Shown here: positions 28,386 to 37,402 of the stretch, in pieces
How positions within the stretch are numbered: position 1 is the first letter of the stretch
Layout of the letters: each line of letters opens with the position of its first letter
IMG/VR virus record: IMGVR_UViG_3300031910_000003
Location: 4,702-68,701 of that record
DNA: 64,000 nt
DNA from: a virus
Lineage: Duplodnaviria > Caudoviricetes
Direction: 5' to 3' (one strand)
The notes under the pieces: generated by a model
What the model was told of the DNA's origin: nothing
The model's input: the letters and a program-made list of their open reading frames with translations, nothing else
Database searches by the model: none
Program-made: the position numbers and the translations under genes

Positions 28386-28636
28386 CCGGTCCCGAGGTCC
28401 TTCAGCTGCCGCACGCGGGGCCGGTCACCGACGGCGATGTCTCGACCTGCGCCCAGGTCACCAAAACGCTGGCGGTCGCGTGCGTCAGCCTCTCGCTCAG
28501 ATACGGCTGGCCGACCGTGCTCGATAGCATGCTCTCGGCCTATTACTCGCTGGCACTGGAAAGGGTGGGCCCAGCGCGGCTCGCCGAAGTGCTGACCGAC
28601 CTCGCCGACGAAACGCTCAAAAGGCGCGTCCAATGA
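28382..28636 (+). CDS. Hypothetical protein
   Basis: ATGA-coupled. Confidence 0.6.
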   Translation: MTGPEVLQLPHAGPVTDGDVSTCAQVTKTLAVACVSLSLRYGWPTVLDSMLSAYYSLALERVGPARLAEVLTDLADETLKRRVQ

Positions 28637-28884
28637 AAACTGCCGAAGTCATGCCCCGCAAGGTCAAGCGCAACCGCCGCAGGCGGTCGTCGACCGATCG
28701 GGAACGACACGCCGCGGCCATGCTGCTGGCTCCGGTCGTCAGGCGGGTCGTCCTCGGTGCCAAGCTGGCTGACGTCTGGCCAAAGGCGGTCCGCGCCTGC
28801 CGCGTCTGCGGCTGCACCGACGACCGCGCTTGTCCGGGCGGGTGCTGGTGGGTCGACACTGATCTCTGCAGCAGCTGCGCGTGA
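28633..28884 (+). CDS. Hypothetical protein with C-terminal Cys cluster
   Basis: CRVCGCTDDRACPGGCWWV...LCSSC. Confidence 0.7.
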   Translation: MKTAEVMPRKVKRNRRRRSSTDRERHAAAMLLAPVVRRVVLGAKLADVWPKAVRACRVCGCTDDRACPGGCWWVDTDLCSSCA

Positions 28885-29948
28885 CGGTCAGGATCCTCGA
28901 GGGCCACGTGCTCGATGTGCTCGCCACGCTCGCGGACGAGAGCGTGCACTGTGTGGTGACCAGCCCGCCCTATTACGGGCTGCGCGACTATGACCTGCCG
29001 CCGCAGGTTTGGGGCGGTGATCCGCATTGCACGGCGTGCCAGGACATCGATGCCGGTGCCTTCTGCCGGCATTGCGGCGCCTGGCGCGGTGACCTCGGAT
29101 TGGAGCCCTCGCCCGAGCTCTACATCGAGCATCTGCTCGCGGTGTTCCGCGAAGTCTGGCGGGTGCTGCGCGCCGATGGCACGCTGTGGCTCAACATCGC
29201 CGACAGCTATTGCTCGCGCGGTAGTGCCTCGGGGGCGCTGGCGGCGACCGGGTTGCGCTCGCCGGCACGCGCCCATCTGGCGCGGCCCGAACAAGGCAAG
29301 CCGGCGATCGCGCGCAGGCGCCGCAGCTGGGGCGAGGCCAAGAACAAGGACCTCTTCCTGATTCCGCCGCGGTTGGCGCTCGAATTGCGCGCCGCAGGCT
29401 GGTACGTCCGCAAGGACAACATCGTGCACAAGCGCAACCCGATACCCGAGTCGGTCGAGGATCGCACAACCAGCGCGCACGAGTACGTCTTTCATCTGAG
29501 CAAATCGGAAACCTACTGGTACGACGCCGCGGCGATCCGCGAGCCGTTTGTCGACGACCGCATGGGCCGCGACGGCGGTCGCGGACAGAGCGAGCGCAAC
29601 CGCGGTGGCCGCACCGACGGCTTCACCAAGCCCAACAACATCGACCCTTCGACCAATGGCGGGCGCAACCGGCGCTCGGTGTGGACGATCTCGACGCGGC
29701 CGACACCCGAGGCGCATTTCGCGACGATGGCGCCACTGGTCGCCGAGATCTGCATCCTCGCCGGCTGCCCGGCCGGCGGGGTCGTGCTCGACCCATTCCT
29801 CGGCAGTGGCACCACGGCGATCGTCGCCGACCGCCTGGCGCGCGACTGCATCGGCATTGAGCTGAGTCCCGGCTATGTGGCAATGGCCGACCGGCGGGCG
29901 CGCGAGCCCGGCTTTGCGCTGCTGCTGCCAGCGGAGGCGGCAGCGTGA
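28881..29948 (+). CDS. N4-C/N6-A DNA methyltransferase (beta class)
   Basis: VTSPPY (motif IV) precedes LDPFLGSGTT (motif I). Confidence 0.92.
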   Translation: MTVRILEGHVLDVLATLADESVHCVVTSPPYYGLRDYDLPPQVWGGDPHCTACQDIDAGAFCRHCGAWRGDLGLEPSPELYIEHLLAVFREVWRVLRADGTLWLNIADSYCSRGSASGALAATGLRSPARAHLARPEQGKPAIARRRRSWGEAKNKDLFLIPPRLALELRAAGWYVRKDNIVHKRNPIPESVEDRTTSAHEYVFHLSKSETYWYDAAAIREPFVDDRMGRDGGRGQSERNRGGRTDGFTKPNNIDPSTNGGRNRRSVWTISTRPTPEAHFATMAPLVAEICILAGCPAGGVVLDPFLGSGTTAIVADRLARDCIGIELSPGYVAMADRRAREPGFALLLPAEAAA

Positions 29949-30277
29949 GCGACCTGTTCAGCTGGGCTGATGGTGCGGCGTTGCGCGACGCGGGCATGGC
30001 GCTCGCCGGCGAGGCTCAAGAACAGGAGCAGCCCGGCTGGGGAGAGCGCGCTTATCTGGCGATCGTCGCCGTCGCGCGCCGGCAGTCGACCGTGCATGTC
30101 GATGATCTGCTGCGCGTCTTCACCGAGCGGCCCAAGCACTTCAATGCCTGGGGCGGGGTGTGGCGCCGAGCCATTGCCGACGGGGTGATCAGCCGCACCG
30201 GTGCGATGCGAGAGGCCGCCGATCGGCGCAAGCACCGCCACCATTATCCGGTCTACCGATCGGAGATCTTTCAGTGA
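29945..30277 (+). CDS. Hypothetical protein
   Basis: GTGA-coupled; LRDAGM..A. Confidence 0.65.
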   Translation: MSDLFSWADGAALRDAGMALAGEAQEQEQPGWGERAYLAIVAVARRQSTVHVDDLLRVFTERPKHFNAWGGVWRRAIADGVISRTGAMREAADRRKHRHHYPVYRSEIFQ

Positions 30278-30552
30278 TCGAGGACGTCGGCACACAGGAC
30301 CGCGGCTGGGGCTGGCTCAACATCGCCGCGCTGCTGACAGAGCCCTACCGGTCTCGGCTCAGCCTGCCGCAGAAGATCGCACTCTTGCGCTGCTGTCGCA
30401 TGATGGCGGCCGGCAACGCCGATGGCTGGACCATCCAGGTCGAGAAGACCGGGGTCGCCTGCGCCGATTTCGAGCCGGCGATCGAGCGGGCGCTCGACGT
30501 GCTCGAGGGCAAGCCGCACCTGTTCCCGCCGATGCAGATGGAGGTCCCGTGA
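30274..30552 (+). CDS. Hypothetical protein
   Basis: GTGA-coupled. Confidence 0.55.
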   Translation: MIEDVGTQDRGWGWLNIAALLTEPYRSRLSLPQKIALLRCCRMMAAGNADGWTIQVEKTGVACADFEPAIERALDVLEGKPHLFPPMQMEVP

Positions 30553-30986
30553 CGCCGGCCGCTGCGTTCCAACTGCGCGCGCTCCACATGGCGCTGCAAC
30601 TAGCCAGTGTTGCCACTGGCGATCACCGCCCCGGCGTTGCCCGGGAGCTGGTCGACGAAGCCCTCGACATCGCCTTTAAACATTGCTTTTGGGCCGCCGA
30701 GCGCGGGCTAGACCCCCACCAGATGCTGGCCGAGCTGGGCTTCGATATGTCCCGGCTGACCAGCTGGGGCCCGGCGCTCTGGCACCTCGTGGATTTGTGG
30801 CTCGATGAGGTCTGGCCCCGATTGCAGCCATCGTCGGGGCGAGATGAAGGGGGTTCCTCGGGCCACAAAATGAGCGGCGCCGGTCAGCGGGGGATGTGCT
30901 GGAGCCGGCGCCGCCGATCGCGATCGCGACTCACGTCACACCGTTCGGGGGGAATGAACAGTGCTCCGTTCAGACCAGCAATATAG
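30549..30986 (+). CDS. Hypothetical protein
   Basis: GTGA-coupled; GGAGG RBS. Confidence 0.5.
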   Translation: MTPAAAFQLRALHMALQLASVATGDHRPGVARELVDEALDIAFKHCFWAAERGLDPHQMLAELGFDMSRLTSWGPALWHLVDLWLDEVWPRLQPSSGRDEGGSSGHKMSGAGQRGMCWSRRRRSRSRLTSHRSGGMNSAPFRPAI

Positions 30987-31092
30987 TCGAGTTTTGTGTA
31001 ATTTTCGAGACTTAGCTGTGAAAAGCCAAGTCTCGACGCCGTTGCCGCGCTCGGGGGAGCGCGGATCCACTTCAGCTAGGGGGTAAAAGGGG

Positions 31093-31926
31093 ATGACCGA
31101 GACACGGTGGTACAAGCGGTTTCACGGCACGGCTTACGACCCGAAATTCACCGCTGCCGGGCTCGAAGCCCAATCCACGCACTGCAATGCTTTGGGGGTA
31201 TGGGACGCGTTACTTGAGACGACTAGCGACCGCGAAGAAGACCGCGGCTCGCTTGCCAATGTCGACCTCCGGGTGGTCGCCGCAGGCCTGCGGCTGGGGC
31301 TCGAGGAGGTCAAGCGGATCTGGAGCGCCTTCGTCAGCCTCGGCATGATCGTCGGCGAACGGGTCGCCCAATGGGCCAAGCGCCAGGGGGCGGCCGCCAT
31401 CAAGCTTGCCCAGGCGGTCTCGCCGGCGGCCGTGCGACAGCGCCGCTATCGGGCCCGTCGAGCGGCGGCAGGCCTCGAACCCGAACTGCCGGGACTCGAG
31501 AGCGTCACCGAGGCCGTAACAGGCGTCACACCGGGCGTCACCCAACGCGTCACATCGGCCGCAGAAGAAGAAACAGACAGAGATAAGATTCCCCCCCGCG
31601 GGGGCCCCCCCCAAGGGGGGACCGCACGCGCTCGATTTAATCGATCGACGGGAAGCAGGACCTCAACGGCTGGCACCACTGCGGCTGAAGCGATGACCTG
31701 GGGCCGCCCGGCGCCCCATCAGATCGATATGCTGCTGCCAATCGACGGAGAGATCATCGATGAGCAGTTCTACCGATATCGTCGTCCTCGGCGGAAGTCG
31801 CCCCACCAGACCCTCCATGAAGCCGCGATTAGAGTCGGCCTTAGAGCGCAGCTCGCTCGTGATCTTGCCCGAGGACAGGCCACCGATGCGTATCCCAGAT
31901 GGGGCATGGCTCCCGCCGGTCGCTGA
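31093..31926 (+). CDS. Putative replication initiator
   Basis: W...HGT..DPKF N-terminus; RQRRYR helix; VT repeats; PP.GG..GG; position upstream of a loader-like gene and HU. Confidence 0.65.
   Translation: MTETRWYKRFHGTAYDPKFTAAGLEAQSTHCNALGVWDALLETTSDREEDRGSLANVDLRVVAAGLRLGLEEVKRIWSAFVSLGMIVGERVAQWAKRQGAAAIKLAQAVSPAAVRQRRYRARRAAAGLEPELPGLESVTEAVTGVTPGVTQRVTSAAEEETDRDKIPPRGGPPQGGTARARFNRSTGSRTSTAGTTAAEAMTWGRPAPHQIDMLLPIDGEIIDEQFYRYRRPRRKSPHQTLHEAAIRVGLRAQLARDLARGQATDAYPRWGMAPAGR
31503..31553 (+). repeat. Candidate iterons (CGTCAC x4, CGTAAC x1) inside the initiator gene
   Basis: Copies at 31503, 31515, 31524, 31536 and 31548; lambda-O-like placement. Confidence 0.45.
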
Positions 31927-32566
31927 TGCCGCACTACTGGCCCAAGCCGATGCTCAGATCGGCCGCCTCGAGGATTACCTGGCGCCGATTAATCCGGTCA
32001 GGCTGACGCTGCGCATTTCGACACTGCTGCGACAGTATTGGGTGCAGGGTGGCGATGACTTCTCGGACGAGCTGTCGCTTGAGTTATGGATCGACGCACT
32101 GGCATGGGCTCCCGAATGGGCAGTGGCCGAGGCGATCGCTGAATGGTTTGCCAATTCGCGCGTCAAACCGACCGGTGCCGATCTGGTTGCGTTGTGCCGG
32201 GAGCGCACCGCCGACGCCGACGTCGAACTCTTCTGCCTGCGCCGCCTGGTCAATCCGTGGGAGCAAGAGCAGGCGCGCGCGCGCCAGGCGGAAGCCGATG
32301 CAGCGCGTCAGCGCGCCGCCGAGCGTGAGGCGTTCAACGCCGCCAACCCCGACTGGACATTGGGCCTGCCACGGCAGCAACGTCGCATGCGGCCGGTCGA
32401 GCTCGAGCCGTTTGACACGAAACGGCACCGTGCGGTGTTGGAGGAACTCAAAAAGTTCCGCCTGCGCGCTGCCCGTCATCGGAGAGTGATTGAAGCAATG
32501 CGCCAGGCCGGATTAGATCCAGACGGCAACCCATTAACGGGAGGAGGACCCGATGAACAATTCTGA
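31886..32566 (+). CDS. Replication accessory protein (helicase-loader-like)
   Basis: W.DAL...PEWAV.EAI.EW.......P...DL..LC; follows the initiator. Confidence 0.5.
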   Translation: MRIPDGAWLPPVADAALLAQADAQIGRLEDYLAPINPVRLTLRISTLLRQYWVQGGDDFSDELSLELWIDALAWAPEWAVAEAIAEWFANSRVKPTGADLVALCRERTADADVELFCLRRLVNPWEQEQARARQAEADAARQRAAEREAFNAANPDWTLGLPRQQRRMRPVELEPFDTKRHRAVLEELKKFRLRAARHRRVIEAMRQAGLDPDGNPLTGGGPDEQF

Positions 32567-32858
32567 GCTGATCGACGCGGTGGCAGAGAAGGCGGTGCTG
32601 ACAAAAGCAGCAGTCAAGCACACGGTCGACGTCGTGTTCGAGGTGATCACCGACGAGCTCGCGGCGGGCAATGACGTGCGGATCCACGGGTTCGGCACGT
32701 TTCACCCGCACGAGCGAAAACCCTACATGGGCCACAATCCGCAAACGGGCGAAAAGATCAGCGTGGTAGCCAAACGCTCGGCGAAGCTCACGATGGGCAA
32801 GGCGTTGACCGGCGCACTGAACCCGCCGGCACGGAAGCCGGCGCGGAGACGGGCGTAG
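32553..32858 (+). CDS. hup: HU/IHF-family DNA-binding protein
   Basis: MNNSELIDAVAEK..V.I.GFGTF..RK...G.NPQTGEKI. Confidence 0.95.
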   Translation: MNNSELIDAVAEKAVLTKAAVKHTVDVVFEVITDELAAGNDVRIHGFGTFHPHERKPYMGHNPQTGEKISVVAKRSAKLTMGKALTGALNPPARKPARRRA

Positions 32859-33363
32859 CACCGTTTATTGCCACTGGCGCAACTGGCCGGGATTTGCCCG
32901 ACATTTTAGCAGCCAGATGTTGGTACATCGGGCAGCTGAGGCATGCCGGAACGTTGTGCGGGGCGAAATCAACGACCGGGACCGCGACCGGGACCGGCAC
33001 GACAAAGGCTGGCGGGGTCACGATCGCGGCCCGTCGCAACTGGTCGTCGACCGCGTTTTTCTCGAAATGGTTGTCCAGCAGCAGGCGGCCGCGCAGCGCG
33101 GCGTTGCCGAGACCGGCGACCATAAGCAGGAAGTCGGCGTTGGGGCGCCGCATCCGCTTAGCATAGGTCTCGCGGACCATTGCCTCGACCAACATCGCGG
33201 AGTGCCGGGTCACTTTGCGCCCGCCGGCCAGCCAGCGCCGCACCAATCGGGGATCACGATGAACCGCATGGGCCAACGCCGTCTGCCAGCGCGGTCCGAA
33301 TAGGTAAGTGCCGAGTTGTTCGAGGTCGCTCGGCTCGAGTCGGTGCGGCATCCCCCGTCCCAT
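32788..33363 (-). CDS. HTH-like hypothetical protein
   Basis: LFGPRWQTALA..V..D.RLVRRW.AG. Confidence 0.6.
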   Translation of the reverse strand: MGRGMPHRLEPSDLEQLGTYLFGPRWQTALAHAVHRDPRLVRRWLAGGRKVTRHSAMLVEAMVRETYAKRMRRPNADFLLMVAGLGNAALRGRLLLDNHFEKNAVDDQLRRAAIVTPPAFVVPVPVAVPVVDFAPHNVPACLSCPMYQHLAAKMSGKSRPVAPVAINGATPVSAPASVPAGSVRRSTPCPS

Positions 33364-33486
33364 ACGTTCCTAATTAACCATGCTGAACAGGGACTCCCGT
33401 TTACCAGTCGTTTACATCAGCCGCCGTCAGGGTAGAAGCACAGCCCCGCGGCACATGTCGCGCATTGCGGACATCCGCGGGTTTTC

Positions 33487-33516
33487 TTGACTTTTGCGGG
33501 ATGCGCGTGCTATACA
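33487..33516 (+). promoter_or_regulatory. sigma70-type promoter
   Basis: TTGACT-N18-(TGc)TATACA. Confidence 0.7.
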
Positions 33517-33539
33517 CTGACGAAATTCACGATCTACCA

Positions 33540-33573
33540 GACCGCCCGGCGCGAACCGCTGCGGCGGTCTTTT
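33540..33573 (+). terminator. Leader terminator/attenuator
   Basis: GACCGCC...GGCGGTC followed by TTTT, between the promoter and the RBS. Confidence 0.55.
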
Positions 33574-33590
33574 CGCGTGTGCGAGGTGGT

Positions 33591-34418
33591 ATGGGTCGGC
33601 GCGGCCGGTTCCGAAAAACCGGGCGTCGGACCCCGAGTGGCCGACTGTCCCAGGCCGGGCAGCAGCCCGATCACAATCCGTTCCTGCTCGCTCAACGCCT
33701 CCGGGTGGTCGACCCGGGGCTGGCTGAGGCGTTCCTGGCGCTCGCCTGTCGACCCGAAGCGGCTCGGTCACAAGAGGAGCAGGCTATCGTGGTCCTCGGC
33801 ACGCAACGCGCGCACAACCCGAACCTCGCCTACCCGCCCGGCATTGCCTACGAGCGCGGGCTGTTTCGTAACACTGATGCCGCCGGCGAGACCCACGACG
33901 GGCGCGAGTTGTTACAAGCGGCCGACATCTATGTCGGGCTGCACCGCTCGGTATGGGGCAAGCTGAGCGACGACATCGAAGCCGACATAACCCGCCGCTG
34001 GGGTCCCCGCGCTTTTGAGCTGTTGCTCGAGGTCGGCCGGGTCAACGCCCCCGCACCGCCAGCCAGCCACTTCCGCCAACTCGTCGCCGGCACCCCGGCA
34101 CCGCTTACCGATCCCGACCCCGACCAATACCTGCGCCGCCGGCTGCGGCTCGCCGATCGCTATGCCGCGGCCCGCACCGTCTTGCTGCAGCTCAGCCTGC
34201 TGTCACTGCACGTCGTCGAGGCGATCGCGATCGAGGGTAGGACGCTTGGCTTTTTGAAAGCCGGGACGCCACGCACCGCGAGTAGCGTGCGCGACGAGCA
34301 GGCCTTTGTCGCTGGGCTCAAGGCGCTGGCTGACCATTTCGGGCTCATCGAACGCGCCAAGCAACGCATACGCACCACGCGCGAGCGGGACGAATTGGCC
34401 CCGGCTGCTGCCGGATGA
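33591..34418 (+). CDS. Hypothetical protein, possible late regulator
   Basis: GAGGTG RBS; R.YAAA..VL..VVEAIAIEG..L..L..HFG C-terminus resembling alphaproteobacterial phage regulators. Confidence 0.5.
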   Translation: MGRRGRFRKTGRRTPSGRLSQAGQQPDHNPFLLAQRLRVVDPGLAEAFLALACRPEAARSQEEQAIVVLGTQRAHNPNLAYPPGIAYERGLFRNTDAAGETHDGRELLQAADIYVGLHRSVWGKLSDDIEADITRRWGPRAFELLLEVGRVNAPAPPASHFRQLVAGTPAPLTDPDPDQYLRRRLRLADRYAAARTVLLQLSLLSLHVVEAIAIEGRTLGFLKAGTPRTASSVRDEQAFVAGLKALADHFGLIERAKQRIRTTRERDELAPAAAG

Positions 34419-34430
34419 AGGGGGAAAAAC

Positions 34431-35435
34431 ATGCTCACGGTGAATGTCCTCGGCCCGCTCTCGATCCTCGTCGATGGACGGCCGCTGATCCATGCACCAA
34501 AGAAGGGCAAGGCACTCTTGGCCTATCTGGCGATCGTCCGTGAGCCGGTCTCGCGCGAACGCCTGGCTGATCTGTTGTGGCCCTACCAGGGTTCCGAGCA
34601 GGCGCGGCACAGTCTGCGCAACTGCCTGCTCGATGTGCGCAAGCACCTCGGGGCATCTCGGGAGATGTTGCGCAGCGACTTCACCTCATGCTGGCTCCAG
34701 GCGGAAACCGATCTCCAGCGCTTCCTCGACCTGGCTCGATCGGGCAGCCGCGCGGCGCTCGGCGCCGCCGGCAAGCTGGTCCGCGGTGAGCTGATGGACG
34801 ACTTCGTGGTCAACAGCGAGCCCTGGTGCGAATGGTGCGACGGCGAGCGCGAGCGGGTGCGCGAGCTGCTGAACCGGGCGCTGACCAAGTATTCCGAGGC
34901 TTCGACCGCGGCCGGTCAGCAAGAGGAAGCGATCGAGGCGGCGCGCCGTCTGGTCAAGCTCGACAACCTGCACGAGCCGGCTCATCGGTGCCTGATGCGG
35001 GCCTTGGCTGCTGCCGGCTGGCGCAGTGCCGCACTGCAGCAATACAAAAAGCTGCAGAAGATCCTGCAGGACGAGCTCGGCGTAACCCCCGACGCGGCCA
35101 GCCGGGAGCTGGCTGAGGAGCTTGCCCAGAGCGAGCGTGAGCCCGAACCGGTGCCGACGGCGCCCGAACCGGTGCCGCCGCTCAGGCTCGTGTTGCCGGC
35201 AGCGCCCGCGGCCTCGCAGGCGCTGCGGAGCCAGCTGCAAAAGCTCGCCATCCAAGTCGAGGCTTGGCGCACCGGCGCCGGTCGCCTGACGCGCGGGCTC
35301 GTCGAGGAGTTGGGCCAAGCGGTGGTCGACGCCGACCAGCGGATCGGCGAGCTCGAGGACCGCCTTGCCGAAGTTGCGGCGAGCGCCTGGCCACCGGATC
35401 CGATCCGGCCGGACGCCGAGTACGCCGCTGCGTGA
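34431..35435 (+). CDS. SARP-type activator (wHTH + BTAD)
   Basis: VNVLGPL..LLAYL..SRERLADLLWP..ARHSLRNCL..R; LVKLDNLHE.AHR.LM.ALA..G.RS.AL.QY..L..IL.DELGV.P. Confidence 0.9.
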   Translation: MLTVNVLGPLSILVDGRPLIHAPKKGKALLAYLAIVREPVSRERLADLLWPYQGSEQARHSLRNCLLDVRKHLGASREMLRSDFTSCWLQAETDLQRFLDLARSGSRAALGAAGKLVRGELMDDFVVNSEPWCEWCDGERERVRELLNRALTKYSEASTAAGQQEEAIEAARRLVKLDNLHEPAHRCLMRALAAAGWRSAALQQYKKLQKILQDELGVTPDAASRELAEELAQSEREPEPVPTAPEPVPPLRLVLPAAPAASQALRSQLQKLAIQVEAWRTGAGRLTRGLVEELGQAVVDADQRIGELEDRLAEVAASAWPPDPIRPDAEYAAA

Positions 35436-35593
35436 GGCAGGGCAGCGTCGGCAATGAATTCAGAGAACTGATCCGCAAGCTCGAGAAGCTCGACCGCGAG
35501 CCGGAGCGCCAGGCCAAGCGGCGCGAACGGGCCGAGGCGAAGAAGCGCAAGGCCGGAAAACCAGCGTCTTCCCGATAAACCTGCCGCCGGGCG

Positions 35594-35736
35594 ATGCACC
35601 AAAAGTGCACCGAAAATGCACCGCGGCAGCACCGTCAGGGTGTCCAGGGCCGGGCCCGGTGCCGCGTCATGGCGGCATAAAAGCCCTGGCACACTCTCTC
35701 AAACGCACCCGGACCACCCGGACCACCCGGACCACC
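35594..35736. repeat. Short direct repeats upstream of the recombinase
   Basis: TGCACC x3 at 11-bp period (35594-35622); CACCCGGAC x3.4 (35706-35736). Confidence 0.75.
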
Positions 35737-35739
35737 TTG

Positions 35740-35767
35740 GGGTTCGATAATCAGGATTATCGCCGGC
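35740..35767. other. lox/dif-like crossover site (11-6-11)
   Basis: gggttcgATAA-tcagga-TTATcgccggc; second half-site gggttcgataatc at 35818-35830. Confidence 0.6.
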
Positions 35768-35843
35768 AAGCGATTGGCCCGAAAGCGGCGGTTTGCCTGG
35801 GTTTTTCAGCGTTCTTTGGGTTCGATAATCGAGGGTCGCGGGC

Positions 35844-36800
35844 ATGGTCGAGACATTGCCCGCGCTGCCCGTCGACCTCTCTGACCTCGCCGCACGCGCG
35901 GCGGAATTTGCGCGCAGCTCACGCAGCGCGGCTACCGAGCGGGCCTACCGCTCCGATTGGACTGATTTCTCGGGATGGTGCGAACGAGCCGGCTTGAGCC
36001 CCTTGCCGGCCGCGCCCGCGACGGTGGGGGCCTACCTCAGCGCCCGCACCGGGGAGCTCAAGGTGGCCACCCTCCACCGCCGACTGGCTGCGATTACGGC
36101 GGCACACCGGATGGCGGGACTTGGTCTCGATGGTGGTCATCCGGCGATTGCCCGGGTGCTGGCCGGCATCCGCCGAGCCTACGGCACCCGGCAACAAGCC
36201 AAGACCGCCATTTTGACCGAAGACCTGCGCCGCGTCGTGCGAGCCCTGCCAACCACGTTGGCGGGGATTCGCGATAAAGCCGTGCTCCTTGTGGGCTTTG
36301 CAGGCGCATTTCGACGCTCCGAGCTGGCAGCGCTCGACCTGGGCGACATCAGCCTATCAAACGCCGGCCTCACCATCACCATCCGCCGCTCGAAGACCGA
36401 CCAGGAGGGCGCCGGCCGGCAGGTCGGGATCCCGCGGGCGCGCAAGACCTCGGTCACCTGTCCGGTGGCGGCGCTCGAATCGTGGCTGAACGAAAGAACC
36501 GAATTAACCAATTCTGACGCGCTGTTCCTGGGCGTCTTTCACGGCCGGCTGATGGGCCGGCTGTCCGGCCAGGCGATCGCCGAGATCGTCAAGCGAGCTG
36601 TAAACCGGGTCGGTTTTGACCCGAGCAAATTCGCCGGTCACTCGCTGCGCAGCGGGTTCGCGACCTCGGCCGCCCGCGGCGGTGCCGACCTCGCCTTCAT
36701 CATGCAGCAGACCGGGCACAAGAGCGCCGACGTCGCCCGGCGCTACGTCCAGGCCGGCAGCCTTCTCCAAAACCCAGCATCAAAGGCAGTCAAACTGTGA
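35844..36800 (+). CDS. Cre-like tyrosine recombinase/resolvase
   Basis: RAYRSDW..F..WC SAM-like N-terminus; GFAGAFRRSEL; RSKTDQ; GHSLRSG; TGHKS; RYV. Confidence 0.92.
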   Translation: MVETLPALPVDLSDLAARAAEFARSSRSAATERAYRSDWTDFSGWCERAGLSPLPAAPATVGAYLSARTGELKVATLHRRLAAITAAHRMAGLGLDGGHPAIARVLAGIRRAYGTRQQAKTAILTEDLRRVVRALPTTLAGIRDKAVLLVGFAGAFRRSELAALDLGDISLSNAGLTITIRRSKTDQEGAGRQVGIPRARKTSVTCPVAALESWLNERTELTNSDALFLGVFHGRLMGRLSGQAIAEIVKRAVNRVGFDPSKFAGHSLRSGFATSAARGGADLAFIMQQTGHKSADVARRYVQAGSLLQNPASKAVKL

Positions 36801-37117
36801 GCGAGTTCGACCCGCTTCCGCGCGAATATTTCGATCCGCCCAACCTGATCATCGTCGGCGCCGACGAGCGCCGGATCACCCCGCAGGAATGGACCGTGCT
36901 GCAGCAGCTGTGGCAGAGCCGCGGCGCGCTGGTTTCCGGGAGGGGCTTCCTCGAGGTGCTCTACCCAGAGCCGAAAACCCCGCCCAAGCAATTTGCCAAC
37001 CTGTTGAAGGTCACGATCTGCCGGCTGCGCGCAAAGCTCGCCGGAACCCCGGTGAAAATCGAGACCGTGCACCGCAAGGGCTACCGGCTGCGCAGGACCG
37101 CAACTGCTGCTGCCTGA
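36797..37117 (+). CDS. Stand-alone OmpR/CtrA-type winged-helix DNA-binding protein
   Basis: ITPQEW.VL..L..LY..KVTICRLRAKLA...IETVHRKGYRL; no receiver domain. Confidence 0.85.
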   Translation: MSEFDPLPREYFDPPNLIIVGADERRITPQEWTVLQQLWQSRGALVSGRGFLEVLYPEPKTPPKQFANLLKVTICRLRAKLAGTPVKIETVHRKGYRLRRTATAAA

Positions 37118-37144
37118 CCACTGACTGACTGACGGGGGCCGCTG

Positions 37145-37402
37145 ATGCCGACACCTTTCGGAGAGGACGGCTGCCGCTACCTCGTCGACGATCGATGGCA
37201 TCAGTGCGGTGTCAAAGAGCAGCCGGGCTCAAGCTATTGCGCCGAGCATCACGCGCTTTGCTACCTGGCGCGCAACAGCGTGGCCGAGGGCCGGCGACTG
37301 CGCCTGATCGACCGGATCGGAGATGCCGTCGGCGGCCGTCAGGCAGCCTCTGCACTCGCCAAGCTGATGCTCAAGATCGCGGCGATCGAAGGTCACGCAT
37401 GA
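37145..37402 (+). CDS. GcrA C-terminal-domain-like protein
   Basis: CRY......CG.....GSSYC.EHH..CY matches the GcrA CRWP..FCG..GSPYC..H..AY pattern; N-terminal HTH absent. Confidence 0.65.
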   Translation: MPTPFGEDGCRYLVDDRWHQCGVKEQPGSSYCAEHHALCYLARNSVAEGRRLRLIDRIGDAVGGRQAASALAKLMLKIAAIEGHA

